A DNA stretch of 64,000 nucleotides from Calditrichota bacterium. Lineage in GTDB: Bacteria; Calditrichota; Calditrichia; RBG-13-44-9; J042. The notes beneath the pieces were generated by a model that saw nothing but the letters and a program-made list of their open reading frames with translations, made no database searches and had not been told where the DNA came from. Below are positions 1 through 7,864 of the stretch, one piece after another; the first letter of the stretch is position 1, and each line of letters opens with the position of its first letter. Position numbers and translations under genes: made by a program. The DNA is taken from contig JAADJD010000038.1 in assembly GCA_013150955.1 (NCBI GenBank), positions 92,057 through 156,056 of the forward strand. The letters run 5' to 3'.

Positions 1-1596
1 TAAGGGAAATTCCCGCAAAATGATTGACCGGCGGGTTCGACGGTTGCCAATGATTTCAATTCGCGAAATCGTTCCCGGATTGAACCGGACGACCAGTTCC
101 TTCCGTTCTGGTAAATATTGAATTCCCTCGATTGAAAACAGGGTGTAGCCTTCTTCAATCAGGGTATTGCGAATGTCCTCCACCGCCTCCAAAAAGCGCT
201 GAATATTAAACGGGCGCTGCAACGCGGTCTGGATCACACGTTGCCTCAGGGAATCGGGAATCTCCTGTCCATCCATCAGCTGCACCTGTTGCACCCGTGG
301 AAACAACGTTCCTTGAAACACAAACATGCGTTCCCCGGGCGTCCCTTTTACACACACCCGTACGTCCTGGAAAAGGCCCGTCTGATCCAGCAATCGGAGA
401 TCTGACAACACATCCAGCCGGTAAATGTGATCGCCTTCCCGGGTACGAAATCTTTTTTGTAGGGTGCGGTGGATGGAATCGGGAATGCCTTCGAAGTGTA
501 CCCGGGCAGCCAGGCCAAGATATCGATTCTCCCCCCAGAGATTTTTCCGCCGCTGGCGCAGGTTCCGGCGAATGGCATCCAGCTTATCCATAGCCGCCTG
601 GTAGCCCTTCTGGATAATGGAATCAATATTAGAAAAATCGCCACTTTTCTGATTGCCCAGATCCGGTACAATCAGCACATCCGCTTCCTGCCGACGCTCT
701 TCGGTGGGGCCAGACATCATGATAGTGGTCACCTGATCGGCAATTTCCCAGGGCGCCCGAATCTCGTGCCGTTCCCGCAATGGTGAGGTGGCATCCACGG
801 CAATGATAAATTCCGCTCCCAGATCCCGCGCCACATCCACCGGCAGATTATCGGTGATACCACCATCCACCAGCAGCATATCGGCCCATTCCACCGGGGC
901 AAAAAGCAGCGGCACCGCCATGCTGGCATTCATGGCCTCTGCCAGATCCCCGCTGTTCAAAACCACCCGGCGGCCCGATAGCAAATCGGTGGCCACCGCA
1001 CGAAAGGGGATCTTTAAATTATCAAAATTGTTCGCCGCCTGAAAATTGGCCTTCAATAATCGCGAATAGAGAATTTGCAGCACCTTCTGTCCCTGGGAGA
1101 TCGATGTGGGGATGTAGGGAATGAAGCCATCGAAACGCAGCTGCACCACGTGGCGCCGGGGAATATTTTTCTGAGAAACAAACAGGTTGGTTCGATAGGT
1201 CTCATCGGTAAACAAATTTTCCCAGTCGATGTTGTGAACAATTTGAATGATTTGATCGGCTGAATAGCCGGCAGCGTAAAATCCCCCAATGACACTGCCA
1301 ATGCTGGTACCCACGATCAGATCTACCGGAATGCGGTGTTCTTCCAGCGCTTTGAGTACCCCAATGTGGGCCAACCCTCGCGCACCGCCTCCGCTCAACA
1401 CCAATCCCACTTTAATTGATTTGACCGGTCGATAATTTAATCCTTCGATGTTTACCCGGGGTGCTGTTTCCCGTTGCAGGGTAATGATGGACTCACAGGA
1501 TTGCGCCGTCAGGTAGCTAAGAACTGCCGCCCCCAGAATACTCAGAAGTCCCCAGACAAAGCCGCTTCGAATTCCCTGTAACCACAAAATTTTCAT
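1..1596 (-). CDS. Patatin-like phospholipase with POTRA domain(s) (PlpD/type Vd-like), 3' end outside window
   Basis: Absent from the ORF track because it runs off the edge. Manual translation from ATG at 1596 gives a signal-like N-terminus, VGLVLSGGGARGLAHIGVLKALEE, GTSIG nucleophile elbow, LVDGGITDN, and a POTRA-like IEIIGNRRTRRSIILREF at the window edge. Confidence 0.88.
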   Translation of the reverse strand, partial: MKILWLQGIRSGFVWGLLSILGAAVLSYLTAQSCESIITLQRETAPRVNIEGLNYRPVKSIKVGLVLSGGGARGLAHIGVLKALEEHRIPVDLIVGTSIGSVIGGFYAAGYSADQIIQIVHNIDWENLFTDETYRTNLFVSQKNIPRRHVVQLRFDGFIPYIPTSISQGQKVLQILYSRLLKANFQAANNFDNLKIPFRAVATDLLSGRRVVLNSGDLAEAMNASMAVPLLFAPVEWADMLLVDGGITDNLPVDVARDLGAEFIIAVDATSPLRERHEIRAPWEIADQVTTIMMSGPTEERRQEADVLIVPDLGNQKSGDFSNIDSIIQKGYQAAMDKLDAIRRNLRQRRKNLWGENRYLGLAARVHFEGIPDSIHRTLQKRFRTREGDHIYRLDVLSDLRLLDQTGLFQDVRVCVKGTPGERMFVFQGTLFPRVQQVQLMDGQEIPDSLRQRVIQTALQRPFNIQRFLEAVEDIRNTLIEEGYTLFSIEGIQYLPERKELVVRFNPGTISRIEIIGNRRTRRSIILREFPL

Positions 1597-1768
1597 GCGC
1601 CTATTTTGCGAAAAATCTCTTCCTAAAGCAACTGCATTCGACTTTCTCCCTGGAACGGAATGGGGCCGGATTCCGGGGACAGCCATCCCTCTTCAGGATA
1701 ACAGGAGAAACCGGTCGAGATTGACAGATTACTCATCCACCTTCACAATAAATCCAAATTCTGTTTTA

Positions 1769-1934
1769 ACCCAGATTTTATGGTCACCTACGAATGACAC
1801 GAATTCACACAAATAAACCAATAAAATACATTGGATTATATCTGGATGAAAATGGGTTCCGGGATAGGGCAATAATTATGTTGATATTTTTTGGATGGAT
1901 GCGCGGGCTTTGTGGTTTCATGCATTATCCGGGT
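1769..1934 (+). mobile_element. ~167-bp inverted-repeat (MITE-like) element, copy 1 (diverged, subfamily B)
   Basis: Begins ACCCAGATT..CTACGAATGACACGAAT, core ATCTGGATGAAAAT, ends TGCATTATCCGGGT; flanked by TTA on both sides. Confidence 0.75.
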
Positions 1935-2000
1935 TTAAGGCTGGCCAGGATTTTTCAACGAGTCGGCGGGAAAAGGTGAATGGGGAGAAAAAACCCTTTA

Positions 2001-2293
2001 TCCCAGATTATGCAATAGCCTACGAATGACACGAATAAATACGAACAAAAATAATAAAATGCATTTGATTCTATCTGGATGAAAATGTTTCCAGGATATA
2101 TTCGCTATTTTGTTGATTTATTTTGAACCCAAATTACGCTTTAGACCACGAATTGCACGAATTAACACAAATAAAAACAATAAAATCCATTGATTTAGAT
2201 CTGGATGAAAATTCGCTTAGAGGTTTATTCGTGATTTTATTGATATTTTTTGTGTTCATTCGCGTGATTCGCGGTTTAACGCATTGTTTGTGT
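2001..2293 (+). mobile_element. MITE-like element: truncated copy (2001-2126) directly followed by a full copy (2127-2293)
   Basis: Two consecutive matches to the element consensus, junction TGA|ACCC. The right flank TTA (2294-2296) is the stop codon of the DUF4175-like gene. Confidence 0.8.
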
Positions 2294-5200
2294 TTATCGC
2301 GGTTGTGCTTTTTGTCGCACCAGTGCTTCGTAATATTGGCGAATCAGTTGCTGATATTCCCAGGAATAACCTTCTTCCAGCGATCTGAGCATTTCCTTGC
2401 GCAGCAGATCCTCTCTGTATATCTGCTCTTTTTGCAACTCCGGTGGCGATTTGACCAGCGGAGCTTTTTCCCATTCCGCCTTTCGCTTCCTGGAATATTC
2501 TTTTTCGCGGATGGATTTCTGGGCATCCAGCAGCCGGGACAGGATCCGTTCCTGCCGTTCAATCACCTTCCGATCCAATTTTTTCCGCCGCAATTCCTTA
2601 ACCACCTCCTCCATTTCCTGAGCCAGATTGTCCAGCCGGCCCAGCACATCCCCGCGATGTTGGCCGGACGTTTCCATCAATCTTTCCAGGGAACGGCGAA
2701 TCATTTCCTGTTGAGCGGCCAATCGCGCCAGCGCTTCATCGCTCAACTGCAACCGCCCGCTCTGCATTTGCTGAAACAGGCTCATGGTCTGCTGGTTCAA
2801 TTGCCCCTGTTGCCCGGCCATCTGTTGTAATTGTTTTAAAAATTCCTCGAAACCCGATGCGGAACTGGCCTGAGCCAGTTGCTGCATGGCGCTGCGCATG
2901 GATAAAATGGCCTGATTTAAATTGGCCATCACTTCCTTCTGGGCATGGGCGGCAGAACGGGGATTCCGCTCTTCCAGTCGCCGCAGGGATTGCCCGATGT
3001 TCAGCATCATGTTGCGCAGGATGCTGTTAAGCTGGGGAGACAGGAAAAAGGTCTTATTTCCGATCTGGATCAATTGCTCAATCATATGGCGAACATTCTC
3101 GCGAATCTGTGACTGACGACGGGCAATGTCGGTAATTCGTGGCGAGGCCATGTCGATTTTGCGGGACTGCTGCATGAGTTTTTCCTGACGGAAGGACGTT
3201 TGCAACATTTCCTCGGTAACCTTGCGCATGGCCTGCAGCAGCTGTTCCTTCTGTTCGGTCACCATTTGCTCGCGGGTCTGTTGCATCATACTCTGAAGGG
3301 TTTCCAGACGCGATTGAATTTGCTGCCCCGTTTGTCCCGCCTGGTGCTGTTGCCCCGCTTGAATTTGCTGCCTCATGCTATCCATCCGCGCACCCACACG
3401 CTGCTCCCGCAAAAACTGCTGCGCTTTCTCCAGCTCCCGGGACACCGAGGCCATTTCCTGCTGAAACGTTTGTTTGGTTTTCTCCAGCTTTTGCTCCAGA
3501 AAATCCAGCTCCTTGCGCAAACTCCCTTCCTGGTTGGCCAGCTGTTGCCGTTCCTGTGGCGACAATGACTTTTCCGACAATTTGCGATTAATCTCCTTTT
3601 GTTTTTCCCGGAGCTTCTCGGCCAGATTCACCAGCTCATCCATCATGCGTTCCATCTGCACCTGCTTAAACAATTCATAGGTGCGCTCCACCCGGCGCTC
3701 GAACTCTTCCAGTGAAAACTGGAAATTCTCCAGCGCTTTTTTGATCTTTCGGGGATCCATCTTCTCCAGGGCTTCCTGAAGCTTTTCCATGGCCTTTTGC
3801 AGCTCCGGAGTGGCCAATTCCTGGAACATCTTCTGCAATTCGAAGAATTTTTCCAGGGTTTCGGGACTTAGCAGCTGCTGTTCATCCAGCTGGCGAACCG
3901 TTTCTTCAATCTTCTTTTGAATTTCATCCAGTTTCTTCTGCAGCTGGCGATGTTGTTCCAGTTTTTCCTCCAGTGCCTTCCGCTGTTCCCAGGTCAATTC
4001 TTTCTGCCGCTTAATTTCACGCGCGATTTCTTCCAGCTTCTTCTTCAACTCCCGCTGCTCTTCCACCACTTCCCGGGTCTCTTCCAATCGATCGGTCAAA
4101 GCCGTTTCGCTTTCTTCCAGGATATCGATCAGCGATGGCAGTCGAATCACAAACGTTCGCGATTTCCCCACGCCCGGCCCGGAAACGGTATTATTGTCCC
4201 ACACCTCAGCGAAATATTCGATGTAATCATCCGGCACCAGGTAAAAATTGGTGAGATCCCAGTGGAACTGGCTCAGCGCCTGTTGATCACTGATGGGCTG
4301 AAACGGCACCTCCAGTGAAAATTGACTGGTGTCCCCCGTGGAACCCGCCCGGATGACCTGCCCCTTTATCCACAGCTTCTGAAAGCCAAAGTCGTCCTGC
4401 AACTTTATCCGAACCGGCACCACCAGTTCGTCACCCAGATCCACATCCTGACCGGGCTGAAGGATTTCCACCGTGGGTGGTTCATCCGGCAGCGCAAAGA
4501 CGGCATGCTGCACCGGCTGGTAGTTGGGAATGCTGTCCACATCCACCACGCGGATCTGATACTGATCGTTCCGCCAGATGGAGAAATGGCCTTTGGCCCG
4601 GTTGCCCAGCGGCGTTAAATCCACCCGCGTGGAATCCTGAAAAAGCAAATAGGCCTCCCGCAGGGGTTTGTTGGCCTCGATTTCTACTTCCACCCGCGTA
4701 CCGATCAAGGCGTAAATTTCCCCATTGTTGGCCTCCAGCAATTCCGGGGACTGCCCGGTGTAGGCCGGGGGAATTAACTTAATTTGCAGGTTGCGGATAA
4801 AGGGTCGCTCCCGCACTTCCACAATGCCCACCTCACTGCGGGCCACCCGCCCCTTAAAAGGCGCTACTTCCAGGCTCCCCTCGAACCAATAGCGAAAATC
4901 TTCCATGACATGGGGAATTTCGTAGCGGAAGGTACTACCGGTGTGCCCGGATAACTCCATGCGTTCCTGCACGGTCGCTTCCCCATTGGGAGCGGTCATT
5001 TCGGTGACAAACCAGAGGCGATCCGGTACCGTCCCCTCGATGCGCCCTTCCAGCACCACCGGATCGTTCTTCAACACCTGGATGTCTCCTGTCAGATTGA
5101 TTAACCGAAACGGGAGAGCCGGTTCGAAGGATTCGCCAGGGAAAATGACCCGTAAAAAAGCAGTTTGAATGCTTCCAGGAAAAAGAAAGAGCAGCACCAG

Positions 5201-5713
5201 AAACAGCAGGCCTGAAAGCAGGATTTTCCGCACATCCCGCGTCAATGCGCCAAACCGAATGCCATCCGAAAATGCCGCGTCTCGAAACCGTCGATACAAT
5301 TGCTGCAAGGACGCCAGACGGATAACCGGATCGGTGTCCGATGCCCGGCCTTCGTAGATCTGGAGAAAGTCAATTAACGCATCCTGAATATCCGGCCGGT
5401 GTTTACCCACCTCGCGGGCCGTTCGAATGATTTCTTCATGTTCGGGAAATAAACAGAGTTTCAATGGCGAGAACAGCCGCCAGAAAAAGTACACCAGCGC
5501 AAAGCCAATCCCCAGTCCCCAGAAACCCCAGCGGATCGCAGAAGGCAGGTCAAAAAGGAGCTCGATAAAGATGAATCCCAGAAAGGCCAGCAAAACATAC
5601 AGCGCTCCCGTTAAGAAGCGCTGAAGAAACATAAAAAGGTACTTTTTCCGCGTGGTGACGAAAAGTTTATGATAGGTTTCCTGATAAATCCGATCGATCC
5701 GGTCATTCTGCAT
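2294..5713 (-). CDS. DUF4175-like membrane-anchored coiled-coil protein (1139 aa)
   Basis: N-terminal TM helices, Ig-like middle (PDEPPTVEILQPG, DDFG, YFAEVWDNNTVSGP) and a long Q/E-rich coiled coil ending ILSRLLDAQKSIRE...YYEAL. Confidence 0.75.
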   Translation of the reverse strand: MQNDRIDRIYQETYHKLFVTTRKKYLFMFLQRFLTGALYVLLAFLGFIFIELLFDLPSAIRWGFWGLGIGFALVYFFWRLFSPLKLCLFPEHEEIIRTAREVGKHRPDIQDALIDFLQIYEGRASDTDPVIRLASLQQLYRRFRDAAFSDGIRFGALTRDVRKILLSGLLFLVLLFLFPGSIQTAFLRVIFPGESFEPALPFRLINLTGDIQVLKNDPVVLEGRIEGTVPDRLWFVTEMTAPNGEATVQERMELSGHTGSTFRYEIPHVMEDFRYWFEGSLEVAPFKGRVARSEVGIVEVRERPFIRNLQIKLIPPAYTGQSPELLEANNGEIYALIGTRVEVEIEANKPLREAYLLFQDSTRVDLTPLGNRAKGHFSIWRNDQYQIRVVDVDSIPNYQPVQHAVFALPDEPPTVEILQPGQDVDLGDELVVPVRIKLQDDFGFQKLWIKGQVIRAGSTGDTSQFSLEVPFQPISDQQALSQFHWDLTNFYLVPDDYIEYFAEVWDNNTVSGPGVGKSRTFVIRLPSLIDILEESETALTDRLEETREVVEEQRELKKKLEEIAREIKRQKELTWEQRKALEEKLEQHRQLQKKLDEIQKKIEETVRQLDEQQLLSPETLEKFFELQKMFQELATPELQKAMEKLQEALEKMDPRKIKKALENFQFSLEEFERRVERTYELFKQVQMERMMDELVNLAEKLREKQKEINRKLSEKSLSPQERQQLANQEGSLRKELDFLEQKLEKTKQTFQQEMASVSRELEKAQQFLREQRVGARMDSMRQQIQAGQQHQAGQTGQQIQSRLETLQSMMQQTREQMVTEQKEQLLQAMRKVTEEMLQTSFRQEKLMQQSRKIDMASPRITDIARRQSQIRENVRHMIEQLIQIGNKTFFLSPQLNSILRNMMLNIGQSLRRLEERNPRSAAHAQKEVMANLNQAILSMRSAMQQLAQASSASGFEEFLKQLQQMAGQQGQLNQQTMSLFQQMQSGRLQLSDEALARLAAQQEMIRRSLERLMETSGQHRGDVLGRLDNLAQEMEEVVKELRRKKLDRKVIERQERILSRLLDAQKSIREKEYSRKRKAEWEKAPLVKSPPELQKEQIYREDLLRKEMLRSLEEGYSWEYQQLIRQYYEALVRQKAQPR

Positions 5714-5734
5714 AACATCGGTACCTGTCGTAGA

Positions 5735-6397
5735 TTAATATAATAATGCGTAAAGGATGATGTTCGTTCCCATTTTCAGAGCCTGGCGACGAATTTCCGG
5801 GGGATCCCCGTGAATATCGGGATCTTCGCATCCATCGCTGATGTCCGTATTAAAACTGTAAAATGCGACCATGCGGCCTTCGTAAAACAGGCCGTAGCCA
5901 TGCGGTGGCCCACCCGCATGTTTGTGAACCTTGGGCAGTCCATTAGGAAAATTGAAATACACATGATAAATTGGATGCGAAAACGGCAGTTCCACCCACT
6001 CGGCTTCCGGGAACACTTTTTTCATCTCCCGACGAAAATAAGGATCCATTCCATAATCATCGTCCGCCCATAAAAATCCGCCCCCAATCAAGTACTGGCG
6101 CAACCGCTGCACTTCCTCATCGGTAAAGCGAATGTTTCCATGGCCGGCAATATACGCAATGGGATATTTAAAAAAATTCTCATCGGTGATCTTCATGGAA
6201 ACTTCCCGTTCAGCGGTGACCACATTGGTCTGTTCCCGCATGAATCGGAACAAATTCACAAACGTGGTGCGATTGCCGTACCAATCTCCACCCCCGCCAT
6301 ACTGAATACGCACCACGGTCACCGGCATTTGCGCCGACGTCTGCCCAATCAAACACAGCATAAATACAATGATGAATAATCGGAAGGCTGGCGTCAT
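5735..6397 (-). CDS. DUF4159 domain protein
   Basis: Signal peptide; YGGGGDWY, GHGNIRF, LRQYLIGGGFLWADDDYGMD, HPIYH, ALKMGTNIILYAL are typical of this family. Confidence 0.85.
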   Translation of the reverse strand: MTPAFRLFIIVFMLCLIGQTSAQMPVTVVRIQYGGGGDWYGNRTTFVNLFRFMREQTNVVTAEREVSMKITDENFFKYPIAYIAGHGNIRFTDEEVQRLRQYLIGGGFLWADDDYGMDPYFRREMKKVFPEAEWVELPFSHPIYHVYFNFPNGLPKVHKHAGGPPHGYGLFYEGRMVAFYSFNTDISDGCEDPDIHGDPPEIRRQALKMGTNIILYALLY

Positions 6398-6407
6398 GTT
6401 GGCCTGA

Positions 6408-6926
6408 TCATAAAAACAGTTTGTATCCCACGATCACGATCATGGTCAGGGTGCCGATGGCCTTCACGGTCAGTGGCCCCAACCGGCCGATTAATGCGCC
6501 CAGCATCACCTGCTTTGCTTGGCGCAAATTATTCTTCTTGATTAGCACCTCAAACACGATCGTCCCCACAATCAAACCAATCACCCCCCCGGTGATGGTA
6601 CCCAGCACGGGAGAAGCAAACGCGCCGCTGATGGCACCCAATAGCCCACCGGCAATGGCACCAATGACCAGAATACGATTGGCGCTGTATCCTCTTTTCC
6701 CGAAGGCAATGACGATGTATTCCAGCAATTCGATAAGCAGGGCAATCAAAATGAGGGAGATAATAAAGGAAAATTTATAGCGTTCAAAACGCGTTGCCAG
6801 ACCATACCACAACGCATCGATGACAATAATAAAATTTCCCGGAATGCTTAAAAATATCCCCACCAGACTGAATGCCAGAATTACCAAAAAAATAATTTCC
6901 AGTGTTCCAACCATACCACAACCCAA
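6408..6926 (-). CDS. DUF456-family membrane protein
   Basis: Highly hydrophobic, IPG motif near the N-terminus, glycine-rich GAIAGGLLG/GGVIG helices; the true start may be ATG at 6914. Confidence 0.7.
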   Translation of the reverse strand: MGCGMVGTLEIIFLVILAFSLVGIFLSIPGNFIIVIDALWYGLATRFERYKFSFIISLILIALLIELLEYIVIAFGKRGYSANRILVIGAIAGGLLGAISGAFASPVLGTITGGVIGLIVGTIVFEVLIKKNNLRQAKQVMLGALIGRLGPLTVKAIGTLTMIVIVGYKLFL

Positions 6927-7037
6927 ATTTTTTACAGAATGAAATTTAGGTATAAACGGTGCTTTCAGGCAAACAAATTCTTTTGCACAGGGAAACGATG
7001 TAAGGGGAATCGGTGGTTTTGTTCAAATCCGGATGAT

Positions 7038-7853
7038 TTAAACGCTGGCTTCCTGCACATTTTGCAACGAATACCGGGATCGATGCCGCAGGGCAAAATT
7101 CTGCCGTTTTTGACGGGTATCCAGATTGAGCTTTTTTAGCAGACTCCGCACCTTAAACCAACCGACTTTTTCATTTCCGAATTCCGGCGAGCGCAACCGC
7201 CGATTGATCCGAAACGCCCCGTAATCCGGATAATTGGATACAATATATTTGATTTTTTCTTCCAGGGGTAACCGCTTCAGGCTCACCGGTGCACTGCTGG
7301 TTTTGGGCTGAGTTTCGGAAGTTGTCAGCGGTTGTTCGCTTACGGGCCGGGTTGCCGTTGGTTGATCCACACTGACCGGGCGTTCCGGTTGGTGGGTGGT
7401 TTCACTGGCCTGGGCGACTTCCTCGGCCCTGGCCGCCTGAGCGCGCTCAAAAGCAGCCGCACTGGGCTCGCTGGCCGCCTCGGCCTGCTCAAATTTCATC
7501 ACCGCACCTTCCACCGTATCGTAAACATCCAGAATGTGATGAAATTCCAGCAATTCAAAAATTTCATAAACATCGGGGATCATCCCCACCAATTTTAAAT
7601 CCCCGTTATTTTCCCGAATGGTCTTGATTTCGCTGATAAAAATACCCCACCCCGCACTGCTGATATAGTCCACATTGCTCAGATCAATGATAATATTGTA
7701 TCTCCCCTGCTTTAACAGACTATTCAGGGCACGCTCTACCTCCGAAGATGTCGTGGTGTCGATATATCCGCCCACCTTAATCACCGAAATCTGATTGCGA
7801 CTCCCCGCCGTATGCGTGGAAACTTGGATGCCTTCCATCAAACCCTCCATCAA
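7038..7853 (-). CDS. Anti-sigma-factor antagonist (STAS, RsbV/SpoIIAA type) with Pro/Thr/Ser linker and C-terminal HTH-like domain
   Basis: VIKVGGYID, IIIDLSNVDYISSAGWGIF (phospho-Ser region), GDLKLVGM..VYEIFELL; C-terminal YPDYGAFRINRRL...KVRSLLKKLNL. Confidence 0.9.
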   Translation of the reverse strand: MMEGLMEGIQVSTHTAGSRNQISVIKVGGYIDTTTSSEVERALNSLLKQGRYNIIIDLSNVDYISSAGWGIFISEIKTIRENNGDLKLVGMIPDVYEIFELLEFHHILDVYDTVEGAVMKFEQAEAASEPSAAAFERAQAARAEEVAQASETTHQPERPVSVDQPTATRPVSEQPLTTSETQPKTSSAPVSLKRLPLEEKIKYIVSNYPDYGAFRINRRLRSPEFGNEKVGWFKVRSLLKKLNLDTRQKRQNFALRHRSRYSLQNVQEASV

Positions 7854-7864
7854 TTAATAAAAGG

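Noticed and set aside
1769-2293. Possible CRISPR array or integron attC array
   Set aside because: No regular repeat-spacer periodicity and no cas genes. The AAC...GTT ends superficially recall attC, but copies occur in both orientations beside housekeeping operons, lack consistent RYYYAAC/GTTRRRY boxes, and no intI is present.
2123-2830. ORFs reading through the repeat element (also 1794-1979, 40401-40748, 46689-46932, 52319-52638; peptides such as HELHELTQI, FIRVIRG)
   Set aside because: The frame is open in some copies but interrupted in others (e.g. TGC ACT TGA in the 62602 copy), and several overlap real genes; these are repeat-derived artefacts.
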